A stretch of 20,000 nt of DNA from an uncultured virus (IMG/VR IMGVR_UViG_3300033143_002397) (lineage: Duplodnaviria > Heunggongvirae > Uroviricota > Caudoviricetes). Positions 1-11,095 of the stretch are shown piece after piece. Position 1 is the stretch's first letter; every line of letters starts with the position of its first letter. The translations under genes were made by a program, and so were the position numbers. The notes under the pieces are model-generated. The model searched no databases and was not told the origin of the DNA. It saw nothing but the letters and a program-made list of their open reading frames with translations. The stretch lies in IMG/VR virus record IMGVR_UViG_3300033143_002397; one strand, given 5' to 3'.

Positions 1-623
1 AGGTGCTCCGAGCCTCGGCCGTCGAGCCGTTTGGCTGTCCCACTCGCAGCGTTGCGAGGGTTGGCCATGTCCGGGAAGTGTCGCTTGAGGTCATCCTTGA
101 ACAACAGGATCTCGCCACGAGTCGTCACCGAGATGGGCTCGGGCAGCGTCTTCAGCACCCCCTTCATGCGTGCAGCATTCGGAGTGATGTCCTCACCCGT
201 CTCGCCGTCACCTCGCGTCAGGGCCTGGATGAACTTGCCGTCCACGTACCGAAGACTGACGCTGATCCCATCCAGCTTCTCGGTGATCAACAAGCGCTCG
301 TAGGAGAGCCCTCCCAAGGCGCCCTTGCTCCGGGTGATGGCCTGCACCCAAGAGGTCATCTCGTCGAGCGTCTGGACCTTGGACAGACTGCCCATCGGGA
401 TGAGGTGAGCTACCTTGGGCCACGCCGAGACAGGAGGGGCTCCGACGGCTGTGACAGCGGTACTGTCCTCCTTCAGCTCCGCCAGCTCGTCCACGAGGGC
501 GTCGTATTCCTCGTCAGAGATGGTGGACTGAGCGTTGTAGTAGTCGTGACGAGCCTGAGCAATCCGCTCTTCCAGCTCATCGACTCGGGCCTTGTTGGCC
601 AGCTCCATCAATTCGGTCGACAT
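1..623 (-). CDS. ligA: NAD-dependent DNA ligase, N-terminal part (runs off the left end of the window)
   Basis: Not in the ORF track; manual translation from ATG at 623 gives MSTELMELANKARVDELEERIAQARHDYYN...ISDEEYDAL...HLIPMGSLSK...ITEKLDGISVSLRYVDGKFIQALTRGDGETGEDIT...RGEI...ANPRNAASG. This has the Ia domain (YY..., SDxEYD), the KxDG adenylation motif, and the TRGDG and NPRNAAxG motifs of LigA. Confidence 0.96.
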   Translation of the reverse strand, partial: MSTELMELANKARVDELEERIAQARHDYYNAQSTISDEEYDALVDELAELKEDSTAVTAVGAPPVSAWPKVAHLIPMGSLSKVQTLDEMTSWVQAITRSKGALGGLSYERLLITEKLDGISVSLRYVDGKFIQALTRGDGETGEDITPNAARMKGVLKTLPEPISVTTRGEILLFKDDLKRHFPDMANPRNAASGTAKRLDGRGSEH

Positions 624-634
624 CCCTTCTTCTC

Positions 635-641
635 TACACCG
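635..641 (-). promoter_or_regulatory. YGGTGTA box upstream of ligA (representative of 11 copies)
   Basis: Plus-strand TACACC(R) at 635, 1309, 8949, 10737, 11088, 12386, 13539, 13741, 14645, 15531 and 18607. Confidence 0.75.
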
Positions 642-665
642 GCGAAGGGATTGATCGGACAGCTT

Positions 666-1298
666 TCAGCTCTCACCACCCCCGATAGTGCCGACTCCCA
701 TGACTCGGCCGCCGCCCTGTTCCTCAACCATCTTGGCGAGCTTGGCCAGGTCTTCGAGGCTCACGAGGGTGAACTTGACCTTCTGACCCTTGAGGGCCTC
801 GAAGGCTGCGAGGATGTCGAACGACTCGGACTTGCCTTCCACGCCGGTCATCCTGATGACGTAGCGGTCGGTCATGGGGTCTTGCTCGACCGTGCCCTCT
901 TTGAGATGGCCCAAGTTGAAGGGATTGCTCATGATGATGCTCCTGGTCTTGCGGTCCTTGTGGCCCCTGAAGTCTGACCACTCACCCTTGTGGTTGCAGG
1001 TGAGGCATAACACGTAGCTCAAGCGAGGGGAGTCCATGGTGGGCTTGGTGCCCTCGGGGATATCGTAATGCCCAGAGAACACGACTCGCGAGCTGCCACA
1101 GAGGGGGCAGCCGTAGGGGGCGTCGTCGTACTCGGGCACGGGGCCGTACTCGTCCTCGCGGTGCTCATCCTCATAGCACTCGTAGCAACCACCATCCTGG
1201 GGCTCCTTCTCCAGCACCACAGGGCAGTCATCATGGTTGTACTTACAGCCATGGATGACACAGCAGTGGGAGGCACAAGAGGCGTGGTTGTCGTCCAT
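666..1298 (-). CDS. Hypothetical Cys-rich protein (HCCxxHGCKY...CPV module, CPLC...CLTC zinc ribbon, C-terminal domain)
   Basis: 210-aa ORF in line with its neighbours; YGGTGTA box 10 nt upstream of the ATG; several CxxC pairs. Confidence 0.75.
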   Translation of the reverse strand: MDDNHASCASHCCVIHGCKYNHDDCPVVLEKEPQDGGCYECYEDEHREDEYGPVPEYDDAPYGCPLCGSSRVVFSGHYDIPEGTKPTMDSPRLSYVLCLTCNHKGEWSDFRGHKDRKTRSIIMSNPFNLGHLKEGTVEQDPMTDRYVIRMTGVEGKSESFDILAAFEALKGQKVKFTLVSLEDLAKLAKMVEEQGGGRVMGVGTIGGGES

Positions 1299-1316
1299 GC
1301 CTCTGATCTACACCGG

Positions 1317-1559
1317 CTAGTCCTCGTCGGGGTCGCCCAGGAAGATCCGCATGATCTTGATGGCCTCGATTCGGGCCAGCTGCTTCACGCCCTCGGGCAG
1401 CTCTGCGTAGGAGCCCAACTGCTGGCTCCACTGCTCGACCTGCTCCCTCGGGATGGTCACCGACCCGTCGTCGTTCCGGGTGGACTTCTTGAGCAACTCC
1501 CCCGCCCAACTGGCCCACGCCTCATGGGCGTAGGCCGCCAACTGCTCGTTGGCCTTCAT
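1317..1559 (-). CDS. Small protein, RyR-domain-like
   Basis: 80 aa from an ATG overlapping the nrdJ stop (ATGA): MKANEQLAAYAHEAWASW...SYAELPEGVKQLAR. The HExW..W and Y.ELPE..K...R patterns recall prokaryotic/phage RyR domains (family call tentative). Confidence 0.6.
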   Translation of the reverse strand: MKANEQLAAYAHEAWASWAGELLKKSTRNDDGSVTIPREQVEQWSQQLGSYAELPEGVKQLARIEAIKIMRIFLGDPDED

Positions 1560-3496
1560 CGGATCGGGCAGGAGCCACCTTCGCAGCTCTCCACCAGGAT
1601 GTCGCCACCCGTCACGAGCTTGCTGCCGTGGTCGATCTTCGAGGCCAGGTCCACGAAGGTAGACTCGTCGATGGCCTCGTAGGGAGCCTGCCTGTAGCCG
1701 TGGGCCTTGGGCATCACCGAGGTGCTCTTGAGCCGTGGAACGTACTCTTCCAGACACGCCGCTAGTTGCTTCTTCTCCGTCTTGGCGTCGAAGTTGAGCG
1801 TGGCACTGACGGCGTTGTCCGCCCACCACTCTTGGAGGGTGGCCTGCCGCTCGAACTGGGCCTTGAGGGTGTCGGTGTCCTTGGTCACTCGGCTGTGGGG
1901 CGCCTTCATCGGGAACGCGAAGACCCAGGTCTGACCGCTCTGGTCGTACTCATCCTCTTCGTGGGGCACGCCGGCCTCGGTCAGGGCCTCGGTCATGGGG
2001 TCGTTCTTGGCCACACGAACGCGACGGAGATAGTGATCCGAGTGGGGAGCGTGGATGCCGGGGCTGGAGCCGTTGAGCAGGCTGATGGTGCCGCTCGGCT
2101 TGACCGTCGTCACCGTGATGGGTCGGTTGACTCCCAGCTCGTCGGCGTAGTCGTCGGCCTCGTGCCGACAGACACCGAACCACTTGGCGAGCATCTCGGG
2201 TGTCCAGTCGAAGTCGCAGACACCGCCGATACCGACGCCGATCCGCATGTTCTTCTGACCAACCGCGTGGCTCTTCGGATCCGACAACGGCGTGAGACGC
2301 TGACGGAGGCAGTAGCGTGTGACCAACCGGAAGACCGTGACCGGGTCGGTACCTTGCTCGAACAGAGCAGGGAACACCTCGGCCAGATTGCAAGCCTCCC
2401 GGTCGTGGAGTAGTTGCTCGCCGCAGGGGTTGACGCCCTTGGCCAAGGGATCAGTCTGACGGCCCAAGGGAAGGTTGAGGATGCCGGGCTCGCCGAACTC
2501 GATATTGTCCTCGACCAGGCCACGCCAATTGAAGCTCTTGAGCTGATCCCACGAGCGGAAGGCGATGGAGTTGTTGCTGGTGTGCCGATGGCTCAGGACC
2601 GCATCCATGTCCTTCTTGGCGTCACGGAAGCCACGGTCCTGAGGCTGGCCCAGCACAATGAGAGCGCTACGGCGGACGTTGCCGGCCTTGATGCACAGAC
2701 CGATGTGATTGGTGATGTCCAAGCACTCAACGCTCGTGAGCTGGCGGCCAGCAGCACCGCGGATCAGCTCCCAGGTCGAACGCAACATGTGAGCAAGCGG
2801 CCCAGGGCCACAAGCCACGCCACCAAAGGTCTTGATGGGGGTGCCACGGGGTCGGACATCCGAGAGGTCCACGACCAGGTCCTTGCCCGAGAAGGCCGCT
2901 GTGAGGGCCTTACGGAGCGACAGGACCCATCCCTCGCGGGAATCCTCACAGTCGTAGCGGTCGGTCGACCCGTTGAGGAACGCTGGACCCTCGGGTTTCA
3001 CGTCCTTGAAGTTGGGGTGGTCCTCTCGGCACCAGACAGCGAAGCGTGACTGGTTGTCCCTGACGAAGGGCATCTCGTTGATGTCGCCCAGACCGACTCC
3101 AACACCGCCACCGAGCATGAGCTGGTTCGCCGTCCAGCACCAGTCATCAACCCCGTACAAACCGGTGTACCAACAGTTGAACCGAGCATCGGCAGGGATG
3201 CCGTCGATGCCACCCGTCCAGAGCCCCCGTCCAGGGGGCATGGCTTGCCCAGTCCAGAACAGATGGAAGAGTAGTTCCATCTCGGCCTCGGTCACACCGG
3301 GAGCTAGTTGGGCGTTGCCCTCGACGACACGGCAGATGGTGTCCGTCCAAGACTCGCCGTCGCGGCAGTATTTGGTGAGGTACGTCGATCTCGCCAGCAG
3401 CGTTTTGAAGGGGTCCACCTTCTTCCGGTAGGGGGACAAGAACTCTTCTTGTAGTTCGATCCGGGAAGGGGTTAGCACAGTCTCGACGATCTCCAT
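1556..3496 (-). CDS. nrdJ: Class II (adenosylcobalamin-dependent) ribonucleotide reductase, monomeric RTPR-like type
   Basis: PPGRGLW, FNCW, GGGVG, IKTFGGVACGP, GNVRRSA, NPCGE (thiyl radical Cys), CNL, TVKPSGT, and C-terminal CEGGSCPIR redox pair. Confidence 0.95.
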   Translation of the reverse strand: MEIVETVLTPSRIELQEEFLSPYRKKVDPFKTLLARSTYLTKYCRDGESWTDTICRVVEGNAQLAPGVTEAEMELLFHLFWTGQAMPPGRGLWTGGIDGIPADARFNCWYTGLYGVDDWCWTANQLMLGGGVGVGLGDINEMPFVRDNQSRFAVWCREDHPNFKDVKPEGPAFLNGSTDRYDCEDSREGWVLSLRKALTAAFSGKDLVVDLSDVRPRGTPIKTFGGVACGPGPLAHMLRSTWELIRGAAGRQLTSVECLDITNHIGLCIKAGNVRRSALIVLGQPQDRGFRDAKKDMDAVLSHRHTSNNSIAFRSWDQLKSFNWRGLVEDNIEFGEPGILNLPLGRQTDPLAKGVNPCGEQLLHDREACNLAEVFPALFEQGTDPVTVFRLVTRYCLRQRLTPLSDPKSHAVGQKNMRIGVGIGGVCDFDWTPEMLAKWFGVCRHEADDYADELGVNRPITVTTVKPSGTISLLNGSSPGIHAPHSDHYLRRVRVAKNDPMTEALTEAGVPHEEDEYDQSGQTWVFAFPMKAPHSRVTKDTDTLKAQFERQATLQEWWADNAVSATLNFDAKTEKKQLAACLEEYVPRLKSTSVMPKAHGYRQAPYEAIDESTFVDLASKIDHGSKLVTGGDILVESCEGGSCPIR

Positions 3497-3507
3497 GGGG
3501 TTCTTCC

Positions 3508-4473
3508 TTACGTGGCGATAGACAGCACGGCCAGCTCGACCTGGGTTCGTTTGGAACGAGCTGAGCCTTTGACCAAGGCGTCCAATCTACATAGGGTCTT
3601 CATCTGCCCCCTCAGCTGGTCGACAGAGTGCAGTCGAGCCATCGGTAGGAGGTTCACTTTCAGTGGGTACTCGTGCATCCCCAGTCGCTGAGCGATGACC
3701 TTCACGGCATCTTTCGCGTCCAGCATCGACCGAGCGATGATCAGCTTCTCGACAACCCGCACCAGGGCATGAGTCAGGGGCACCGCGGCCCCCTCGCCCA
3801 GGTTGCGGTAGACCAAACCCAGCTTGGTCATGGCCTGCTTGGACTGCTTGCTAGCAGCAGCCTGAGCTACCTCATAGGGCGTAGCCGGGAAGACATGAGG
3901 CACTAGCATCCCCACGTGCTTCCTCGTCGCTACCTCACCGTCCACCAGGTAGAACAGCTTCTGCAACTCGTTCACGATCAAACGCAGGTCGTACCCACGG
4001 ACCTTGATCAGCAGCTCGGGGACACCCTTGTCGAGCTTCAGACCCAAACGAGTAGCTTGCTCAACCACACGGCGTACGCGCTCCTGCTCTTTCCAAGGCT
4101 TCGGCTGGAGGTGCTCAACACAGCGACCCTCACTCCGCATGGTCTTCAACCACGTGGGTGTAAGTCGAGGGACTCGAACGATAGCCACCAAGAGGACGGT
4201 CTTGTCCTCAGGATCCTTGTCCTTGACGTATTCCTGAAGGGGTTCCGGCGCCTTGACCTTCTGGGCATTGTCAATGATGACCAGTCGAGGGCTGCCGTCG
4301 AACGACCGCGTCTCGCAGATAGACACGACCTCTTGCCCGTCGATACCCTCACCGTCGAGCAACGTCACCGAACGAGTCTTGTGTGAGCGGACCTGATTCA
4401 GGGCTTGGTCAAGGAGCAGCTCTTCATCACCGAAGAAGACACGAAAGGGGCTTGACTTCCTTGAGGCTGCCAC
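3508..4473 (-). CDS. holA: DNA polymerase III delta subunit (clamp loader)
   Basis: Probable GTG start at 4473 after GAGGT. FFGDEELLL, SFDGSPRLVII, DLRLIVNELQKL, and C-terminal RLDALVKG...VELAVL match HolA architecture. Confidence 0.85.
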   Translation of the reverse strand: MAASRKSSPFRVFFGDEELLLDQALNQVRSHKTRSVTLLDGEGIDGQEVVSICETRSFDGSPRLVIIDNAQKVKAPEPLQEYVKDKDPEDKTVLLVAIVRVPRLTPTWLKTMRSEGRCVEHLQPKPWKEQERVRRVVEQATRLGLKLDKGVPELLIKVRGYDLRLIVNELQKLFYLVDGEVATRKHVGMLVPHVFPATPYEVAQAAASKQSKQAMTKLGLVYRNLGEGAAVPLTHALVRVVEKLIIARSMLDAKDAVKVIAQRLGMHEYPLKVNLLPMARLHSVDQLRGQMKTLCRLDALVKGSARSKRTQVELAVLSIAT

Positions 4474-4480
4474 ATTGACC

Positions 4481-5422
4481 TCAGTCAGAAAAGGCTGCGA
4501 GGAAGCAGGACTTGACGTGGAACGGGAGGATGATCTTTGCGTGAGCCCGCTCACGAACTCGACGAGACTCCTGCAACAGCGCTTCCAGCTTGGCCTCGCC
4601 TATCTGGGTCCGCAGGCCGTCGAGCTGGTCGACGACATCTACGTTGGTCAGACGGCTGGGGTCATGTGGGAGCATGAGAAGGTCGCGAAGGAGATGGTCC
4701 AAAAAACGAAGACCGCGATCCAGATCACTTTCAATTTCGTCGATAGTCGAAAACAGCGACGAAACATCCTGGGTGAGCCCAATTTTCAGCAAGCTCAACA
4801 CTTTGTTCCGCAGCGTAAGACGCCCAGAAGCGAGGTACTGATACGCCCTCCCCACTGAGCCCTCTGCAAGGCGACAACAGACAAGTGCTTTAGCGTCGTC
4901 GTCGGTATGCTCACGAAGAAAATCAACGATGAATTTCTCCGACAGCGGTCGATAGCGAACAACACCACACCGAGAGCGTATCGTGGGCAAAACCGAAGAG
5001 GCCGACTCGGTCAGCAGGAAAAAGCGTGACGTACGCGGGGGCTCTTCCAACGTCTTCAGCAGAACATTCGCCGCCGCGATGGTCATAGTGTCGGCGCCGT
5101 CGATCACGATATAACGAGAGGACACCATCGAGGGGAAGGACTGTGCCTGCTCAACGACAGCTCGCATGGCATCGACACCGATCTCCTTGTCATCCTCAGG
5201 ACGCACTACCACGAGGTCAGGATGCATACCCTTGGAGATCTGAACACAGTGGATGCTCTCGGGGTCACCCTTGGAGAAGGCTTCCTTCGCGGCCTCGATG
5301 ACCGAGAACCGTCGGCCAGTACCCTCGTCACCAACAAGCAGCAGCGGAGTCGTCAAACCCCCCTCGACGACCCGTCGGAGGAAGCGTACCCCCTCAGTCT
5401 GTCCTTGCACTGCGCTCAGCAT
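4481..5422 (-). CDS. holB: DNA polymerase III delta' subunit (clamp loader)
   Basis: Degenerate Walker A (LLVGDEGTGRR), HPDL, AANVLLKTLEEPP, LPTIRSRC (SRC arginine finger). The usual Cys4 zinc module is absent. Confidence 0.9.
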   Translation of the reverse strand: MLSAVQGQTEGVRFLRRVVEGGLTTPLLLVGDEGTGRRFSVIEAAKEAFSKGDPESIHCVQISKGMHPDLVVVRPEDDKEIGVDAMRAVVEQAQSFPSMVSSRYIVIDGADTMTIAAANVLLKTLEEPPRTSRFFLLTESASSVLPTIRSRCGVVRYRPLSEKFIVDFLREHTDDDAKALVCCRLAEGSVGRAYQYLASGRLTLRNKVLSLLKIGLTQDVSSLFSTIDEIESDLDRGLRFLDHLLRDLLMLPHDPSRLTNVDVVDQLDGLRTQIGEAKLEALLQESRRVRERAHAKIILPFHVKSCFLAAFSD

Positions 5423-5582
5423 CTTCGCCCCCCTCCAAGAGCAGAGTTGTTCGAGGCGCCTCTACGGGCACCAACTGCATTTGCAAGATGTAGTGCTGCC
5501 CGCAATCGGGGTTCGAGCACACGTGTCTCGTGGGCTCCTTGCCGCTCCGCTCCAGTGTACTCTTACACCGGAGACAACGCAT
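5394..5582 (-). CDS. Small zinc-ribbon protein
   Basis: 62 aa, MRCLRC...HVCSNPDC; overlaps the holB start. Confidence 0.65.
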   Translation of the reverse strand: MRCLRCKSTLERSGKEPTRHVCSNPDCGQHYILQMQLVPVEAPRTTLLLEGGEDAERSARTD

Positions 5583-5606
5583 GAGCCCAACCCCCTCACC
5601 CACAGC

Positions 5607-6416
5607 CTAGTCCCCCTCGTTGATGAAAGCGTGGACGACGGCGTAAGGGTGTTCGTTTTGAAGATCACCCGAGTTGGCCAACAGGTTGTAGCCCGTCACA
5701 GACACTCGAACCCGTGGGCCAGACCAGCACATGAAGAAGTAGTCCGGCCCAGTGAACTTCGAGACAATCCGCTCGATGTAGTCGGGCGTGAAAACCTTGT
5801 AGAGCCACCAGGCTAGAGCCACGTTCATACCGTAGCCCCGAAGCTCCCACTTGGTCCGCCAGTAGGCTGGCCAGGGGATCGCGAAAAGCACCACCCCTAG
5901 AAGTACCAAGGCCCACCAACCCGTCAACCACCAGGCCAACACCCCGGTCCCCCCAAGCAGCAAAGGCAACACCACCCAGAAGAGGGCCTTGGTCAGCCGG
6001 GCTGCACCACAAGCCAGCACGTAGCTCACGAAAGGCAGCAGCGTGATCCACGAATAGGGCCAGGCCAAGACCGCGTAGGCCAACAGCGGCAACAGCACGA
6101 GGATCTGCGGGAACATGTAGGAGAGCTTGAACGTGAGCGGGTGCAGCTTGGAGTCCGAAAGGTGAACGAACTCGTGGGCCAGGATCCGGAAGCTCTTCTC
6201 GGGTGTTTCCTCGTAGAACTCCTGGTACGGGAAGAAGACCGTGTCACCCCAGGTCGTCGTGTACCGTTCCATGAAGTCCGAGTTGAAGGGGTACGACAGG
6301 AAGCCCAGCAGGGCCATGAGCTTGGACTCATCCTTGAACGCAACCTCGAACGAAGGGATCTCCCGACGGACGACCCCCTCGAAAGCTTTGAGGGCCTTGG
6401 CGTCCAAGGTCCTCAT
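5607..6416 (-). CDS. Membrane protein with zincin-like HExxH motif (putative metallopeptidase)
   Basis: ATG at 6416 overlaps the upstream stop (TGATG). ILAHEFVH is followed by ~4 hydrophobic segments, then WELRGY (candidate third-ligand Glu). Confidence 0.7.
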   Translation of the reverse strand: MRTLDAKALKAFEGVVRREIPSFEVAFKDESKLMALLGFLSYPFNSDFMERYTTTWGDTVFFPYQEFYEETPEKSFRILAHEFVHLSDSKLHPLTFKLSYMFPQILVLLPLLAYAVLAWPYSWITLLPFVSYVLACGAARLTKALFWVVLPLLLGGTGVLAWWLTGWWALVLLGVVLFAIPWPAYWRTKWELRGYGMNVALAWWLYKVFTPDYIERIVSKFTGPDYFFMCWSGPRVRVSVTGYNLLANSGDLQNEHPYAVVHAFINEGD

Positions 6417-6628
6417 CAGAAGCCGGCCCCGCCACCCACGTTGACGGGCATCGTCATACCGCACTCGATGCAACGGTAGACACGCAGGCCCCCAGCGCCC
6501 TCGATCTTGATCTCCGTCGCCGTGATCGAGGGGCAACCACTTCTACGGCACTTCATGTTGTGCAGGATCTCTTCAGGCTTGGCCTTGTTGGCCAACCCTG
6601 GGGTCGTTCCACTGGGATCAATCGGCAT
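6416..6628 (-). CDS. Small zinc-ribbon protein
   Basis: 70 aa with CRRSGC...YRCIECG. Confidence 0.7.
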   Translation of the reverse strand: MPIDPSGTTPGLANKAKPEEILHNMKCRRSGCPSITATEIKIEGAGGLRVYRCIECGMTMPVNVGGGAGF

Positions 6629-6636
6629 GAATCATC

Positions 6637-7023
6637 TCACAGGTCAGAGGTGGGGTACTCTTCGGGAAACAGCTCCTGAAGCGTGTGCAGAATCCGTTCG
6701 TACAGGCGAGGATCGTTCTGGTCGAGCATCACATCGCTGTAGGTCACAGGGGGATGCAGGTAGCCGAACTTCATCGAGGACGGGTTGAACAAGCTGATCG
6801 TGCCATCCTCGATCTTGGGCAAGATCAATGCCCAGTCCTCCTTGAGGATCACAGCATTCACGGTTGAGCCGAAGATACGGACGTAGCGAACATGCCCCCC
6901 AGCGGTGTACGTCCGAGCCTTGTACCGCAACATCGCCTGAATGGCCTTCGCCACGTTGGGGAGGTCTTGTTGACGCAGTCGGTGAGGACGGCTGCCGTTG
7001 ATATTGAAGAGACGAGTTTCCAC
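6637..7023 (-). CDS. Hypothetical protein
   Basis: 128-aa ORF with GTG start and purine-rich upstream sequence; tiles with its neighbours. Confidence 0.65.
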   Translation of the reverse strand: METRLFNINGSRPHRLRQQDLPNVAKAIQAMLRYKARTYTAGGHVRYVRIFGSTVNAVILKEDWALILPKIEDGTISLFNPSSMKFGYLHPPVTYSDVMLDQNDPRLYERILHTLQELFPEEYPTSDL

Positions 7024-7047
7024 CTCTCAAGCAACGGCACAAGTGGG

Positions 7048-7251
7048 TCAACGAACCAACGGCATCGTCACGCCGGGGGCGCCGGGGACGCCGACCCAGC
7101 CCTGAAGCACGACTTCCCTCAGCTTTTCGTCGAGCAGCCGGCTTGCAACCTCTTCCTTCGTCGAGCCGAACAAACCTTGCTCGACCAGCGTCCCGAGCAG
7201 ACGCCACACCTCGTCGCGAACATCCAGCTCGATTTTCGTCGTATCCGCCAC
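7048..7251 (-). CDS. Small putative ribbon-helix-helix DNA-binding protein
   Basis: 67 aa; an alternating strand (KIELDV) followed by LVEQGLFGSTKEEVASRLL, resembling CopG/ParD-type RHH proteins; starts 3 nt after the groEL stop. Confidence 0.55.
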   Translation of the reverse strand: MADTTKIELDVRDEVWRLLGTLVEQGLFGSTKEEVASRLLDEKLREVVLQGWVGVPGAPGVTMPLVR

Positions 7252-7254
7252 CGC

Positions 7255-9324
<2,070 letters not shown>

Positions 9325-9325
<1 letters not shown>

Positions 9326-10725
9326 TAATCGGTGCCCTTGAGGTTCGCCACAGGGTACAGCCGACGACTGACCTTCGCGATGTCCTCTGCCTCCAGCACA
9401 CCGAGAACCGCGTCGAGGTTCTTGTAGACGTGGGTGCATTCATCGAGCGGGACCTGTCGCGTGTTGCACAGAATGCCCTCGACCTCTGTCCCACCGAGGG
9501 TCCGCTTGACCTCCCGCATCTCGGAGTTGATCTCGTCCTGGCGCTCGGCCAAAGCCCTCTTGGCAGCCTTGCGGCCCATCGTCCGACCCGAGCCGTGGTT
9601 GACCGAGCAGGCCGTCTTGTGAGCCCCCTCCAACGGGAAGAGGATGGCGGCCCCGTCATACATCGAGCCCGGAATGAGGCACGGGTGTCCGGTGCTGGCC
9701 CACTTGGAGCCCACCAGGTCGGGGTGCCCAGCCGGCATAGCTCGCGTAGCACCCTTGCGGTGGACGAGGCCCTTCTTGGTCGAGCCGTCCGGCAGCACCA
9801 ACGTCTCCTGCTGGATGAGGTTGTGGCTGATCTCGTAGTAGACCTGACCCGCGGCCCCGTAGACCTTCTCGGTGGCCTCTCGCACACCTGCCGCGATCAC
9901 GTGGCGGTTGGCGATGGCGTAGTTGGCCGCCGCGTTGTGGCAGGCCCAGTATTGCTGCCCGACGGGCTCGTCCAGCCGGAGCCAGGAATCCCCGCGACGA
10001 TTCTTGGCCAACCCTCGCTGCTCGGCCCCAGCGTAGAAGAAGTGCTCAGCCGTCTGCCAGCCGTAGCCGCGGCTCCCACAGTGGACCATGGCGAAGACCT
10101 CACCCGTGACTTCATCAACCTGCATCTCGATGAAGTGGTTGCCGCCCCCGAGGCTACCCATCTGGGCCAAGACTTTGCCCTGAGCCCTCGGGATGGTGAC
10201 GAGGTGGTCGTCATTCACCGGGATGAAGAGCCGCTCACAGTAGTCCGCTGGGACACCCAGAGCCTGAGCGCCGTAGTGGAGGATGTCGTCGGCCTTCTTC
10301 TGGTCGAACGTCGGCATCAGCTTCGGGCGATTCGAGCCCACACCCAGAGCGACCCGCTGCTCGATCTCTTCGATCCACAACCGACGACGAGCCAGGTCTC
10401 GGATGTCGTCGGCCATCAGACCGGTCGACATGTAGAGCACACCACAGGAGATGTCGTAGCCCGAGCCCGCCTGAATGAGCGTGTCCTCGGTCACGATGAC
10501 GGAGCCGATGGGCACGCCGTAGCCCATGTGGGCGTCGGGCATGATGTAGGCCCCGGTCACGCCCTCATAGGAGGCACCGTTGCGGAGCTGGTCCCAGAGG
10601 GTCTCGTCCGATGCCGCGTACAGGTCCTCCGACAGGAAGGCGTGGGCATCGACCTTCATCTCCTTGGTCTTGGGCAGGACGTAGTGGTCGGTGCCCACCT
10701 TGGTTGCGGCGTATTTGAGAGACAT
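9325..10725 (-). CDS. rtcB: RNA 2',3'-cyclic phosphate/5'-OH ligase RtcB
   Basis: MPDAHMGYGVPIG, GYDISCG, GSLGGGNHF, VHCGSRG, SHN, VHRKGATRA, IPGSM, NHGSGR, YKN, and C-terminal LKG. Confidence 0.96.
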
Positions 10726-10748
10726 GTGAGGGTAGATACACCAGCCAG

Positions 10749-11078
10749 CTACGCCAGCCGGACGTTATCTTCCCGCATCTGGTCGATGGTCCGAACACCC
10801 GTCGACCAAAGCACTCCCTGGATGAAACCGAGCCACCGCATGGCCTTCTCCATGGCCGCCTGGGTTTCCGCCAGCTCGGGGACAGGCTCACCGATCTTGT
10901 GGTGAGGGAGAAAGCCCAGGACCTCCCGGCACATCCAACGAAGGTGCTGCTGCTGGGAGTAGGTGTCCGGAGAGGGGTCACCCATCGCCGAACACCGCTC
11001 GGGCTCACCCCCAAGAAGGTGCTTATCCAAGAGCTGGTCGTACTCGTTGAGGACTCGGTGAAGCTGCTTGAGGGTCAT
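10749..11078 (-). CDS. Hypothetical protein
   Basis: 109 aa with HLRWM...EKAMRWLGFIQGVL; YGGTGTA box 9 nt upstream. Confidence 0.75.
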   Translation of the reverse strand: MTLKQLHRVLNEYDQLLDKHLLGGEPERCSAMGDPSPDTYSQQQHLRWMCREVLGFLPHHKIGEPVPELAETQAAMEKAMRWLGFIQGVLWSTGVRTIDQMREDNVRLA

Positions 11079-11095
11079 ACCCTCATGTACACCAG

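Noticed and set aside
5564..5570. Additional TACACC matches (5564, ~7663, ~15606)
   Set aside because: They lie inside coding sequence or tRNA-Gln and not at the 9-12-nt spacing from a start; treated as chance.
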